Below, one piece after another: positions 23,211 to 33,320 of a stretch of DNA of 64,000 nt (within the stretch, counting starts at the first letter, position 1; each line of letters opens with the position of its first letter). Origin of the DNA: an uncultured delta proteobacterium (GTDB lineage Bacteria; Desulfobacterota; Binatia; DP-6). Location: NCBI GenBank assembly GCA_963713495.1, contig CAVQLX010000018.1, forward strand, positions 58,563 through 122,562, given 5' to 3'. The notes under the pieces are model-generated. The model did no database searches and was not told the DNA's origin. It saw only the letters and a list, made by a program, of their open reading frames with translations. A program made the translations under genes and the position numbers.

Positions 23211-24038
23211 ATGGGCGACGTCCGGCGAGCGGGTGAGCGCATCGAGCGGCTGCTCGAGGAGATCCGTGCGAGCGCGAGCCCGCCGTGCTGGCAGCGGGTC
23301 GACGAGCTGATGCGTCTCGTCGTCGAGCTGTACGGCGCCGGCTTCGCGCGCATCCTCGAGATCGTCGGCGACGACGCGGACGCGGCCGGCCTGCGCGCGA
23401 GGCTGAGCGCGGACGAGCTGGTGGCGAGCCTGCTCCTCGTGCACGGGCTCCACCCGGAGGACATCCCGACTCGACTCCGGACGGCGCTCGCCCGCGTGCG
23501 GCCCTACCTCGGCTCGCACGGGGGCGACGTCGAGGTGGTCGCGCTGGACGAGCGCGCGGGAGCCGTGCTCCTGCGCATGACGGGGAGCTGCGACGGCTGC
23601 CCGTCGTCCGCGATGACGGTCCAGCTCGCCGTCGAGAGCGCGATTCACGAGCTGGTCCCGGAGATCGGTCGGATCGAGGTCGAGGGAATCACCGAGACGG
23701 CGCCGGCCGATCCGGCGAGCTCGTGGATCCGTCTCGAGCGTGACGCGATGCCGGGCGTCCCGGCCCTCGCCAGCCGCGAGGTCACCGGGGAGCGCATCCT
23801 GCTCTGCCGTCTCGGCGAGACGCTGTACGCGTACCGCGACCGGTGTGCCGCCTGCGGCGCCGCGCTGGCCGCGGGCACGCTCGACGGATCGCTCCTCGGC
23901 TGTCCCGCGTGCGGGCAGCGCTTCGATGTGCGTCGTGCCGGGCGCGCCGTGGAGCGCCCCGAGGTTCACCTGGTGCCGGTGCCGCTCCTCCAGGACGAGT
24001 CCGGCATCCGGATCGCGCTCGCGGAGGCGCACGCGTGA
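23211..24038 (+). CDS. NifU-C-like Fe-S protein fused to a Cys-rich (Rieske-like) C-terminal domain, hydrogenase-associated
   Basis: ATG 23211. The NifU-like segment is VRPYLGSHGGDVEVV..MTGSCDGCPSS. It is followed by YRDRCAACGAAL..LLGCPACGQRFD. Confidence 0.7.
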   Translation: MGDVRRAGERIERLLEEIRASASPPCWQRVDELMRLVVELYGAGFARILEIVGDDADAAGLRARLSADELVASLLLVHGLHPEDIPTRLRTALARVRPYLGSHGGDVEVVALDERAGAVLLRMTGSCDGCPSSAMTVQLAVESAIHELVPEIGRIEVEGITETAPADPASSWIRLERDAMPGVPALASREVTGERILLCRLGETLYAYRDRCAACGAALAAGTLDGSLLGCPACGQRFDVRRAGRAVERPEVHLVPVPLLQDESGIRIALAEAHA

Positions 24039-24715
24039 CCAGCGGCGGCGGAGCGCCCCGAACGGAGCGGCGTCCCGGCCCGGCCCTCGGGGTGCTGGGA
24101 CGCTTTCGCGGGCAGGCGCCGAGGCCGGCGCCCGGCGAGCGCTGCGAGATGTGCGCCGCCACGATCGGCGACGAGCACTCGCACGTCGTGAACGTCGAGA
24201 TACGCAACCTCCTCTGCACCTGCCGCGCGTGCTACCTGCTCTTCACCCGCACCGGCGCGGCGCAGGGCAAGTACCGCGCCGTGCCCGATCGCTACCTCCA
24301 TCTCCCGGCGTTCGTCCTCGGCGCGGCGGCCTGGGATGCGCTCCAGATCCCGGTGCGCATGGCGTTCTTCTTCTCGAACTCGAGCCTCGGCCGCGTCGTC
24401 GCCTTCTACCCGAGCCCGGCGGGGGCGACCGAGTCGCTCCTGCCGCTCGACGCCTGGCAGGCGCTGCTCGACGGGAACCCCGTCCTCGCGAGCATGGAGC
24501 CCGACGTGGAGGCGCTGCTGGTCCACGGCCGTCGAGGCGCCGACTCGTTCGACTGCTTCGTGGTGCCGATCGACGCCTGCTACGAGCTCACCGGGATCGT
24601 CCGGCGCCGCTGGAAGGGGTTCGACGGCGGCGAGGAGGCCTGGCGCGACATCGACGAGTTCTTCGCGCGCCTGCGCGCACGGAGCCGCGTGCCGCCGGCC
24701 GAGGCGGCGGGATGA
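24035..24715 (+). CDS. conserved hypothetical protein of group 1h hydrogenase clusters
   Basis: GTGA overlap with the previous gene. Contains CEMCAATIGDEHSHVV..LLCTCRACYLLF. From memory this matches the family PGAP labels DUF5947 next to hhyL; unverified. Confidence 0.6.
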   Translation: MTSGGGAPRTERRPGPALGVLGRFRGQAPRPAPGERCEMCAATIGDEHSHVVNVEIRNLLCTCRACYLLFTRTGAAQGKYRAVPDRYLHLPAFVLGAAAWDALQIPVRMAFFFSNSSLGRVVAFYPSPAGATESLLPLDAWQALLDGNPVLASMEPDVEALLVHGRRGADSFDCFVVPIDACYELTGIVRRRWKGFDGGEEAWRDIDEFFARLRARSRVPPAEAAG

Positions 24716-25356
24716 GTCAGATCGCCTTCACGGTGCTCGACGCGGCGCCGGTGCCGTACGCGGCGACTCCCACGCTCGCGGTCCGCCTCCACCTCGAGGC
24801 GCCGGCGGGCGAGACCATCCATTCGATCGCGCTGCGCTGCCAGATCCGGATCGAGCCCCAGCGCCGGCGCTACTCGGCGGACGAGGAAGCGCGGCTGCTC
24901 GAGCTCTTCGGGGAGACCCCACGCTGGGGCGACACGCTGAAGCCGTTCCTGTGGACGCACGTGTCGACGATGGTCGTCGGGTTCGCGGGCGGCACCGACG
25001 TCGAGCTGCACGTTCCCTGCACGTACGACCTCGACGTGGCGGCGGCGAAGTACTTCCATGCCCTCGGCGACGGGGAGATCCCGTTGATCCTGCTCTTCAG
25101 CGGGACGGTCTTCGCGAAAGGCGACGGCGGGGCGCTGCGCGTGACCCAGATTCCGTGGGACCGGGAGGCGCGCTTGCGGCTGCCGGTCCGGACGTGGCGC
25201 GAGCTCGTCGATCGCTACTTCCCGAACAGCGGCTGGCTCCGTCTCCGGCGCGACACCCTGGACGCGCTGCTGCGGGTGAAGGCACGCCGCGCGCTCGTCA
25301 CCTGGGACGACGTCCTCGCCGAGCTGCTTCGTGCCGCCGGGGAGGAGGCCGCGTGA
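24712..25356 (+). CDS. conserved hypothetical protein of group 1h hydrogenase clusters
   Basis: ATGA overlap. Begins MSQIAFTVLDAAPVPYAATPTLAVRLHLE. From memory it resembles the DUF6084 family; unverified. Confidence 0.55.
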   Translation: MSQIAFTVLDAAPVPYAATPTLAVRLHLEAPAGETIHSIALRCQIRIEPQRRRYSADEEARLLELFGETPRWGDTLKPFLWTHVSTMVVGFAGGTDVELHVPCTYDLDVAAAKYFHALGDGEIPLILLFSGTVFAKGDGGALRVTQIPWDREARLRLPVRTWRELVDRYFPNSGWLRLRRDTLDALLRVKARRALVTWDDVLAELLRAAGEEAA

Positions 25357-26716
25357 GCACCGAGCGGGCACGCGCCGTCGCCGACGCGGTCCTCTACGAG
25401 GGCTACGTGCTCTATCCGTACCGCGCGTCGGCGCGGAAGAACCAGGTGCGCTGGCAGTTCGGGGTGCTGGCGCCGCGGGACGTGGAGCGAGGCCGGCGGC
25501 TGCGAGCCGTGCTGGATGCAGACCGAGTTCCTGCTCGAGCCAGGGGCGGGCGCCGTGCTCGACGGCACGCTGCGCTTCCTCCAGGCGCAGCGGCGACTGA
25601 TCGAGGAGGCCGTCGACGGCGGCTTCCGGAGCGTCGAGCGCCTCGACGTCGACGGCCGTCTGTGGACGTCGTGGGACGAAGGCGTCGAGCGCGAGATCGC
25701 GCTGACGGTGGCGGCCGACGGCACGACGGCGATCACGGTGCCGTTCGCGTTCCCGGGCGAGGGCGAGACCGAGCCGATCGTCGCGAGCGACGGCCGCCTG
25801 GTGGGACGCGTCGTGCGCGAACGGATGCCGCTCGCGGGGTCCGTCGCCATCGAGACGGAGCGCCTCGCGGAGCAGCCGGCACTGGTCCGCGCGCGCCTCA
25901 CGGTGCGCAACCTGAGCCCGTGCGACGCGCCGGCCGCCGCGCGCGACCAGGCGCTGGGCTCGTTCCTGGTCGGCACGCACCTGCTGCTGGCGATGTCGCG
26001 CGGCCAGTTCGTCTCGCTGCTCGATCCCCCGGCCGCGGCACGCGAGGCGGCGGCGCAATGCGAGAACGTCCGCACGTGGCCGGTGCTGATCGGCGCGGCG
26101 GGCGAGCGAACGGTCATGCTGTCGTCGCCGATCATCCTGCAGGACTATCCGGAGATCGCGCCCGAGAGCCCGGGCGATCTCTTCGACGCGACCGAGATCG
26201 ACGAGATCCTGACGCTCCGCACGATGGCGCTCACGGACGACGAGAAGCGCGAGGCGCGCGCGACCGATCCACGCGCCGCCGCGATCATCGACCGGGTGGA
26301 TGCGATGCCCGCGGAGATTCTCGAGCGCCTGCACGGCGCCATCCGCTCGCTCCGTCCGGTGGCCGGCCCCGGCAGCGGAGCCCGTGGCGGAGCCGGATCC
26401 GTTCGCGACGCCCTGGTGGGACCCCGGCGCCGATGCGTCCGTGTCCCCGGAGACGGATTCGATCGAGGTGCACGGCGTGCCGGTCGCGAAGGGCAGCCGC
26501 GTGCGGCTGCGCCCCGGCGTGCGGCGCTCCGACGCACAGGACATCTTCCTCGACGGGCGCGTCGCACGCGTGGAAGCGGTGCTGTTCGACGTCGAGGATC
26601 ACGGCTACCTCGCGGTGACGCTCGAGGACGACCTCGCGGCCGACATGCTGCAGCGCCACGGACGCTACCTGTACTTCGCACCCGACGAGGTCGAGCCGCT
26701 GGGGGAGGGCGCGTGA
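25353..26716 (+). CDS. conserved hypothetical hydrogenase-cluster protein, read in three frames (two apparent +1 frameshifts)
   Basis: GTGA overlap at the start. Segment 1 is LYEGYVLYPYRASARKNQVRWQFGVLAP. Segment 2, in the frame of ORF 25516, is CEPCWMQTEFLLEP...ILERLHGAIRSLRPVAG. Segment 3, in the frame of ORF 26300, is PAAEPVAEPDPFATPWWDPGAD...YLYFAPDEVEPL. The shifts lie within 25470-25500 (candidate GGG 25477-25479) and at CCCC 26367-26370. Confidence 0.55.
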
Positions 26717-27249
26717 GCCCGCGCGTGCTGGTGGCCGGAGTCGGCAACGTCTTCCTCGGCGACGACGGGTTCGGCGTCGAGGTGGCGCGACGGCTCGTGG
26801 GCGAGGCGTTCCCGGAGGGCGTGCAGGTCGCGGACTTCGGCATCCGCGGCGTGCACCTCGCGTACGAGCTGCTGGACGGCTACGACCTGCTCATCCTGGT
26901 CGACGCCGCGCCGCGCGGCGAGGCGCCCGGGACGGTCTTCGTGCTCGAGCCGGACTTCGGGGGCTCGGACGGTGTTGCGCGCGGGGACAGCGGCTTCCTG
27001 CTCGACGCACACAGCCTGGACCCCGAGGTCGTCCTCGGCATCCTCGCCGATCTCGGCGGCACGGTCGGCCGGGTCGTCATCGTCGGCTGCGAGCCCGCCG
27101 AGGTCGTCGAGCGGATGGGCCTGAGCGCACCGGTGTCGCACGCGGTCGACGAGGCCGCGCGCGTGGTCCGCGAGCTGATCGCACGGGCCTGTGACGAAAC
27201 GTCCACCGCGGCGCCGGAAGACGCCGCCAAGCGAAGGGAGGCTCCCTGA
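26713..27249 (+). CDS. hupD: hydrogenase maturation endopeptidase (HupD/HyaD family)
   Basis: GTGA overlap. Contains VLVAGVGNVFLGDDGFGVEVARRL, LILVDA and LDAHSL, typical of the family. Confidence 0.85.
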   Translation: MSPRVLVAGVGNVFLGDDGFGVEVARRLVGEAFPEGVQVADFGIRGVHLAYELLDGYDLLILVDAAPRGEAPGTVFVLEPDFGGSDGVARGDSGFLLDAHSLDPEVVLGILADLGGTVGRVVIVGCEPAEVVERMGLSAPVSHAVDEAARVVRELIARACDETSTAAPEDAAKRREAP

Positions 27250-27350
27250 TGCTACGGATGCTGGCCGCCGCGGTCGCGCTCGGGGTCGCGTACGTCGTCG
27301 TGAACTCGCTCCCCGACGTCGCGCGGTACCTCAAGATCCGCCGGATGTGA
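27249..27350 (+). CDS. 33-aa small membrane peptide MLRMLAAAVALGVAYVVVNSLPDVARYLKIRRM
   Basis: Below the ORF-track size cut-off. Its ATG shares the A of the protease TGA (TGATG). It has one hydrophobic helix plus a basic tail. It resembles small proteins I recall next to actinobacterial hydrogenase proteases (DUF6893-like; unverified). Confidence 0.45.
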   Translation: MLRMLAAAVALGVAYVVVNSLPDVARYLKIRRM

Positions 27351-27363
27351 TCACGGTCCGATC

Positions 27364-27876
27364 GTGAGTCGCTTCCGGATCGTGCCCGAACGATCGAGAA
27401 TCTGGGTGGACGCGCGCTCGAGCCTGCACCCGATCCACGTCGAGACGACGGGGCTGCGCGGCCAGCTCGACGCCACCGTGGCCGACGGTGCCCTCGTGGC
27501 CGGGGGATCGACCACGGGGTCCATCGAGATCGAGGTCGATCGCATGAAGTCGGGGAACGTCCTCTACGACCGCGAGCTGGAGCGCCGGCTCGAGGCGAGA
27601 AAGTACCCGTTCATTCGCGGCTCGGTGCGCGAGGTCACGGCGCTCGGCGACGGCCAGCGGTACCGGGTGCTCGGACAGCTCGAGTTTCACGGCGTCGCGC
27701 GGCCGGTCGAGGGCGAGGTGCGGCTGCGCGTCGTCGACGAGCGCACGCTGGAGATCGAGGGTGAACGCGTCTTCGACCTCCGCGACTACGGGCTCGAGCC
27801 GCCACGCATCCTGATGCTGAAGGTGTATCCCGAGGTGCGCGTGCGCGCCCAGGTGATCGCGGAGCAGGAGCCGTAG
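27364..27876 (+). CDS. YceI-like domain protein
   Basis: 170 aa, GTG start. The pattern [25 protein letters not shown]...[14 protein letters not shown]...[10 protein letters not shown] is YceI-like. Confidence 0.6.
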   Translation: MSRFRIVPERSRIWVDARSSLHPIHVETTGLRGQLDATVADGALVAGGSTTGSIEIEVDRMKSGNVLYDRELERRLEARKYPFIRGSVREVTALGDGQRYRVLGQLEFHGVARPVEGEVRLRVVDERTLEIEGERVFDLRDYGLEPPRILMLKVYPEVRVRAQVIAEQEP

Positions 27877-27878
27877 CG

Positions 27879-28148
27879 ATGTGCCTCGGCATCCCGGGAG
27901 AGGTCGTCGATGTGCGCGACGACGCTGGGCTCCGCATCGGGACGGTGCGGTTCGCGGGCATCACGCGCGACGTCTGTCTCGACTACGTCCCGGACGCCGC
28001 CGTGGGGGAGTACGTGCTGGTGCACGTGGGCTTCGCCATCTCGAAGATCGATCCCGAGGAAGCGGCGCGCACGTACCGGGTCCTGGAGGAGCTTGGCCAG
28101 ACGGGCGAGCTCACCGCCGACCGGGAGCTCGTGGAGCCTCCACCATGA
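27879..28148 (+). CDS. hypC: hydrogenase maturation chaperone HypC/HupF family
   Basis: [11 protein letters not shown]-terminus with the essential Cys2, and [12 protein letters not shown]. Confidence 0.9.
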   Translation: MCLGIPGEVVDVRDDAGLRIGTVRFAGITRDVCLDYVPDAAVGEYVLVHVGFAISKIDPEEAARTYRVLEELGQTGELTADRELVEPPP

Positions 28149-29263
28149 AGTATCTCGACGAATATCGCGACGGTGACATCGCAGGCGGCCTGCGCCGCGC
28201 CATCGCCGACACCGCCACCCGCCCCTGGGTCCTGATGGAGGTGTGCGGCGGCCAGACGCACTCGATCGTCCGCTACGGGATCGATCGCATGATCCCGCAG
28301 ACGATCGAGCTCGTGCACGGTCCGGGCTGTCCCGTGTGCGTCACCCCCCTCGAGATGATCGATCGCGCGCACGCGATCGCGCGCCACGCGGACGTGATCT
28401 TCACGTCGTTCGGGGACATGTTGCGCGTTCCGGGGTCGCATGGCGACCTCCTCACCCTGAAGGGCAGGGGCGCCGACGTGCGCGTGGTGTACTCGCCGCT
28501 CGACGCGCTCCGCATCGCACGTGACAACCCGCAGCGGCGCGTCGTCTTCTTCGGGATCGGCTTCGAGACCACGGCGCCCGCGAACGCGATGGCCGTCTTC
28601 CAGGCCCGCCGGCAGGGCCTCGGCAACTTCTCGATGCTCGTGTCGCACGTGCTCGTCCCACCCGCCATGGCGGCCATCCTCGAGTCACCGGACAACCGCG
28701 TGCAGGCGTTCCTCGGTCCCGGCCACGTGTGCGCCATCATGGGCTGCGGCGAGTACGAGGAGCTCTGCGAGCGCCACCGCGTGCCGATCGTGATCACGGG
28801 CTTCGAGCCGCTCGATCTGCTGGAAGGCATCCTGATGGCGGTCCGGCAGCTGGAGGCGGGCCGCGCGGAGGTGGAGAACCAGTACGCGCGCGCCGTCTCG
28901 CACGACGGCAACCAGGCGGCGCGCGACGTCGTCACCCAGGTCTTCGAGGTCGGCGACCGCAAGTGGCGAGGCGTCGGCGCCATCCCTCGCTCCGGGTACC
29001 GGCTGCGCGACGAGTACCGCATGCACGACGCCGAGCGGCTCTTCGCGGTCGAGGACATCGCCACCGCCGAGCCGGAGATCTGCATCAGCGGCCTCATCCT
29101 GCGCGGGCAGCGAAAGCCCTCCGACTGCCCGGCGTTCGGCCGGCAGTGCACCCCCGAGCATCCGCTCGGCGCCACGATGGTGTCGGCCGAGGGCGCCTGT
29201 GCGGCGTACTACCAGTACGGACGCCATCGCGGCGCACCGAGGGAGGCCGGCGATGTCGCTTGA
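28145..29263 (+). CDS. hypD: hydrogenase maturation protein HypD
   Basis: ATGA overlap. Begins MKYLDEYRD and contains [25 protein letters not shown] and PGHVCAIMG. Confidence 0.95.
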   Translation: MKYLDEYRDGDIAGGLRRAIADTATRPWVLMEVCGGQTHSIVRYGIDRMIPQTIELVHGPGCPVCVTPLEMIDRAHAIARHADVIFTSFGDMLRVPGSHGDLLTLKGRGADVRVVYSPLDALRIARDNPQRRVVFFGIGFETTAPANAMAVFQARRQGLGNFSMLVSHVLVPPAMAAILESPDNRVQAFLGPGHVCAIMGCGEYEELCERHRVPIVITGFEPLDLLEGILMAVRQLEAGRAEVENQYARAVSHDGNQAARDVVTQVFEVGDRKWRGVGAIPRSGYRLRDEYRMHDAERLFAVEDIATAEPEICISGLILRGQRKPSDCPAFGRQCTPEHPLGATMVSAEGACAAYYQYGRHRGAPREAGDVA

Positions 29264-30320
29264 CGGCGCCGGCCGCGCGGAGCCGTTCGGCGAGTGCCCG
29301 TTGCCGGTCACGCAGAGCGAGGAGATCCTGCTCGGGCACGGCAGCGGGGGGAAGCTGAGCGCGCAGCTGATCGAGCGCCTCTTCGTCCCGGCCTTCCGGA
29401 ACCCGCTCCTGGACGCGCTCGACGATCAGGCAATCCTGACGGTCGAGGCGTCCCGTCTCGCCTTCACCACCGACTCCTACGTGGTCACCCCGATCTTCTT
29501 CCCCGGCGGCGACATCGGGGAGCTGGCCGTGAACGGCACGGTGAACGACCTCGCCGTCGGCGGGGCGCAGCCGCTCGCGCTGTCCCTCGCCTTCATCCTC
29601 GAGGAGGGGCTACCCCTGGCCGACCTGCGCCGCGTGGTGGAGTCGGCGCGGCAGGCGGCGGAACGCGCCGGCGTCCGGATCGTCACCGGCGACACGAAGG
29701 TCGTCGGGCGCGGCAGCGGCGACAAGATCTTCGTCAACACCTCGGGCATCGGCATCGTGCCGCCGGGCGTCGACCTGTCGTCCCGCAACGTGCGCCCGGG
29801 CGACGTGGTGCTGCTCTCGGGACCGATCGGGGACCACGGCGTGGCGATCCTCTCGCAGCGGGAGGGGCTGACGTTCGCGGGCGAGATCGCGAGCGACACC
29901 GCCCCGCTCCACGAGCTCGTGGCCGCCGCGCTCGCGGCGAGCCCGCGCATCCACGCCATGCGCGACCCCACGCGCGGCGGGGTCGCCGCCACCCTGGTCG
30001 AGATCGCGTCACGCCAGCGCGTCGGCATCGAGGTCGACGAGCGCGCCATCCCGGTGCGCGACGTCGTGCGCGGCGCGTGCGAGATCCTCGGGCTGGATCC
30101 CCTCCTGGTGGCGAACGAGGGCAAGCTCGTCGCCTTCGTTCCCGCCCGGGATGCCAGCGCCGTCCTCGCGGCGATGCGAGCGCACCCGCTCGGACGGGAC
30201 GCCGTGCGGATCGGGCATGTCACGGACGAGCATCCGGGCACCGTGCTGCTGCGGACGCCGATCGGTGGCGATCGCATCCTCGATCTGCCCTTCGGCGAGG
30301 CGTTGCCGCGCATCTGCTGA
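29253..30320 (+). CDS. hypE: hydrogenase maturation carbamoyl dehydratase HypE
   Basis: RBS GAGGGAGG precedes ATG 29253. Contains [10 protein letters not shown] and the C-terminal PRIC motif. Confidence 0.95.
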   Translation: MSLDGAGRAEPFGECPLPVTQSEEILLGHGSGGKLSAQLIERLFVPAFRNPLLDALDDQAILTVEASRLAFTTDSYVVTPIFFPGGDIGELAVNGTVNDLAVGGAQPLALSLAFILEEGLPLADLRRVVESARQAAERAGVRIVTGDTKVVGRGSGDKIFVNTSGIGIVPPGVDLSSRNVRPGDVVLLSGPIGDHGVAILSQREGLTFAGEIASDTAPLHELVAAALAASPRIHAMRDPTRGGVAATLVEIASRQRVGIEVDERAIPVRDVVRGACEILGLDPLLVANEGKLVAFVPARDASAVLAAMRAHPLGRDAVRIGHVTDEHPGTVLLRTPIGGDRILDLPFGEALPRIC

Positions 30321-30357
30321 GATGAACGGCTCGACGCAGGACGCCCGGGGGGCGTGC

Positions 30358-30642
30358 TCAGCCGGGAGGCCGGATGCCGGGCGGCACCATCTCGGCCAGC
30401 GGGAGCACCTCGTAGCGCGAGTAGTTGTAGACCGGCGAGCGCGCCAGGAGCATGTCCAGCTCCTCGTTCGAGGTCACGTCGTAGATCCACGCGCCGCCGT
30501 GCGTCCCGGGGATGTGGTAGCGGGCGACGACCTTGCCCTGCGTCTCGAGCGGCGTGGCGTAGTCCGCCATCCGCATCACGGACTGGAGCACCTCGCGTGA
30601 CAGGAGGGCGATGTCGATGCGCCAGATGACCAGGAATTTCAT
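30358..30642 (-). CDS. small muconolactone-isomerase-like / DUF3303-like protein
   Basis: 94 aa, MKFLVIWRIDI...GAWIYDVTSNEELDMLLARSPVYNYSRYEVLPLAEM. The fold-family call is from sequence pattern only. It lies downstream of the second hypC-like gene. Confidence 0.45.
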   Translation of the reverse strand: MKFLVIWRIDIALLSREVLQSVMRMADYATPLETQGKVVARYHIPGTHGGAWIYDVTSNEELDMLLARSPVYNYSRYEVLPLAEMVPPGIRPPG

Positions 30643-30657
30643 CGCCGCTCCGTCCCG

Positions 30658-30900
30658 TCAGTCGCGATCCGGGCCGCCGGTGTACTCGCGCAGCGCGGCG
30701 ATCTGCTCCCGTGCGGTCGCCTCGTCGAGCGTATCCATGGCGAAGCCGGCGTGGATCAGTATCCAGTCGCCCGGGCGAAGCGTCTCGCGGTCGAGGAGCG
30801 CGACGTTGATGCGGCGGACCATGCCGGCCACGTCGACGTCCGCGAGGTCTGGCTGGTCGGACGGCAGGGCGACCACGCGTCCGACGATGCCGAGGCACAT
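30658..30900 (-). CDS. second HypC/HupF-family chaperone
   Basis: MCLGIVGRVVAL N-terminus and GDWILIHAGFAM. It is divergent from hypF. Confidence 0.85.
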   Translation of the reverse strand: MCLGIVGRVVALPSDQPDLADVDVAGMVRRINVALLDRETLRPGDWILIHAGFAMDTLDEATAREQIAALREYTGGPDRD

Positions 30901-30957
30901 GCGCCGACCCTACCACGGCGACCGGCAGGCGCGCGACCCACGTGGAGGGTCGGCCTG

Positions 30958-33318
30958 ATGCGTACGCTCTCGGCGGGAACCGGAAACACGCGGCGGAACA
31001 CCGCCACGCGCGAGCGCTGGCGCATTCACGTCGATGGGCTGGTGCAGGGCGTCGGGTTCCGCCCCTTCGCCCACGCCCTCGCGACGCGCCTGGGCCTCGC
31101 GGGCCACGTCGCCAACGATACGCGCGGCGCGGTGGTCGAGATCGAGGGCGACGGCAAGGCGGTCGCGCGCTTCGTCGACATGCTGGTGCGCGAGGCGCCG
31201 CCGCTGGCGGTGATCGAGCAGCTCGCGCACGTCAGCCTGCGCACCCTCGGGGAGCGCCAGTTCGCGATCCTGGACAGCGCGACGGGCGGCGAGCGCCAGG
31301 TCCTGGTGTCGCCCGACGTCGCCACGTGCGAGGACTGCCTCCGCGAGCTGTTCGACCCGCACGATCGACGCTTCCGCTACCCGTTCACCAATTGCACGAA
31401 CTGCGGCCCGCGCTTCACGATCGTGCGTGACGTGCCGTACGACCGGCCGCGTACCACGATGGCCGGCTTCGCCATGTGTCGGGACTGCGCGCGCGAGTAC
31501 GAGGATCCCGCGGACCGCCGCTTCCACGCGCAGCCGATCGCGTGCCCGGCGTGCGGTCCGCAGCTGCGCCTGGTGACGCGGCGGGGCGAGACGCTTCCCG
31601 GTGAGCCGATCGAGGTCGCCGCCGAGCTGCTGCGCGCGGGGCGTATCGTCGCGGTGAAGGGCCTCGGCGGCTATCACCTGGCCGCCGTGGCCTGCGACGA
31701 GGAGGCCGTCGCCGCGCTGCGCTGCCGCAAGCACCGCGAGGAGAAGCCGTTCGCGGTGATGGCGCGCGACCTGACGGCCGCCCGCGAGCTGGTGGAGCTG
31801 GACGTGGATGCGGAGCGCGTCCTCGCCGGGCCGCGACGGCCGATCGTCCTGCTTCCACGGCGTCAGGGCGCGGCGATCGCCGAGGCGGTGGCGCCCGGCA
31901 CGGCACAGCTCGGGGTGATGCTGCCCTACACGCCGCTGCATCACCTGCTGGCGCGGCGCCTGCGGGTGCCCTTCGTCCTCACCAGCGGCAACGTGTCGGA
32001 CGAGCCCATCGCGCACGACGATCGCGACGCGCTCGCGCGCCTCGGTCCGATCGCCAAGTTCTTCCTGGTGCACGATCGTCCCATCCACGTGCGCACCGAC
32101 GACTCCGTGGTACGGATGTTCCGGGGACGCGAGATGCCCGTGCGCCGCGCACGCGGGCACGCGCCGCAGCCGGTCGTGGTGTCGCACACGGCGCCCCGGC
32201 CGATCCTCGCCTGCGGCGCCGAGCTGAAGAGCACCTTCTGTCTCCTGAAGGACCGCTACGCGTTCGTGTCGCCCCACGTCGGCGACCTCGAGAACTACGC
32301 CACCATGCAGGCGTTCAGCGAGGGCATCCGGCACTTCCGGCGTCTGTTCGACGTGACGCCGGAGCTCGTCGCCCACGATCTGCATCCCGAGTACCTCTCG
32401 ACGAAGTACGCCCTCGAGTCCGCTGGCGTCGAGCTCGTCGGTGTCCAGCACCATCACGCGCACGTGGCGTCCTGCCTGGCGGACAACCGCGAGGAGGGCC
32501 CCGTCATCGGGGTCGCCTTCGACGGCCTCGGCTTCGGGACGGACGGGACCCTCTGGGGAGGCGAGTTCCTGGTGGCGACGCTGCGGAGCTTCGAGCGCGC
32601 GGCGCACTTCGCGGCGGTGCCCATGCCCGGCGGCACGATGGCCATCCGCCAGCCGTGGCGGATGGCGGCCAGCTACCTCGCCGCCGCCTACGGCGACGCC
32701 ATCCCGGCGCTCGGCGTCGTGGAGCGCAACCAGCGCAACTGGGCGTCGATCGTCAGCCTGCAGCGCGCGGGCGTCGCATCCCCCGCCACGTCGAGCGTCG
32801 GCCGGCTCTTCGACGCGGTCGCGGCCCTCGTCGGCGTACGCGACGTGATCAGCTACGAGGGACAGGCGGCGATCGCGCTCGAGCAGTGCATCGAGCGGAG
32901 CGAGCAGGGGGCATACCCGGCCGGCTGGTCCGAGAACGCGCGGGAGATCCTGGTGTGCGGCGCCGATTTCGTGCGGGCCGCGGCCGACGACCTGCGGAAC
33001 GGCGCCCATCCGGGGGTCGTGGCCGCGCGCTTCCACCGGGGACTCGCGCGCGTCACGGGCGAGGTCTGCGCCGCGATCCGGGAGCGGACGGGTCACGGGA
33101 CGGTGGCGCTGAGCGGCGGCGTGTTCCAGAACGCGTTCCTGCTCGACCGCACGCTGGCGGAGCTGGAGGAGCGCGGCTTCCGCGTGCTCACGCACGCGCG
33201 CATCCCGCCGAACGACGGTGGAATCAGCTTCGGGCAGGCGGCGGTCGCCGCCGCCCGCGATCGCGCCCGTCGAGGACCGCGTCGCATCCATGAGCAGCGG
33301 AGCGAGGGAGGGCACTGA
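30958..33318 (+). CDS. hypF: carbamoyltransferase HypF
   Basis: Acylphosphatase-like VDGLVQGVGFRPF, two Zn-finger pairs (CEDCLREL..CTNCGPRF; CRDCAREY..CPACGPQL), YrdC-like GLGGYHLA, and a Kae1-like C-terminus. Confidence 0.95.
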   Translation: MRTLSAGTGNTRRNTATRERWRIHVDGLVQGVGFRPFAHALATRLGLAGHVANDTRGAVVEIEGDGKAVARFVDMLVREAPPLAVIEQLAHVSLRTLGERQFAILDSATGGERQVLVSPDVATCEDCLRELFDPHDRRFRYPFTNCTNCGPRFTIVRDVPYDRPRTTMAGFAMCRDCAREYEDPADRRFHAQPIACPACGPQLRLVTRRGETLPGEPIEVAAELLRAGRIVAVKGLGGYHLAAVACDEEAVAALRCRKHREEKPFAVMARDLTAARELVELDVDAERVLAGPRRPIVLLPRRQGAAIAEAVAPGTAQLGVMLPYTPLHHLLARRLRVPFVLTSGNVSDEPIAHDDRDALARLGPIAKFFLVHDRPIHVRTDDSVVRMFRGREMPVRRARGHAPQPVVVSHTAPRPILACGAELKSTFCLLKDRYAFVSPHVGDLENYATMQAFSEGIRHFRRLFDVTPELVAHDLHPEYLSTKYALESAGVELVGVQHHHAHVASCLADNREEGPVIGVAFDGLGFGTDGTLWGGEFLVATLRSFERAAHFAAVPMPGGTMAIRQPWRMAASYLAAAYGDAIPALGVVERNQRNWASIVSLQRAGVASPATSSVGRLFDAVAALVGVRDVISYEGQAAIALEQCIERSEQGAYPAGWSENAREILVCGADFVRAAADDLRNGAHPGVVAARFHRGLARVTGEVCAAIRERTGHGTVALSGGVFQNAFLLDRTLAELEERGFRVLTHARIPPNDGGISFGQAAVAAARDRARRGPRRIHEQRSEGGH

Positions 33319-33320
33319 GC

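Noticed and set aside
30338-30353. Short hairpin (ACGCC-N5-GGCGT) between the convergent hypE and the 94-aa gene, as a bidirectional terminator
   Set aside because: Only a 5-bp stem and no U-tract; not distinguishable from chance.
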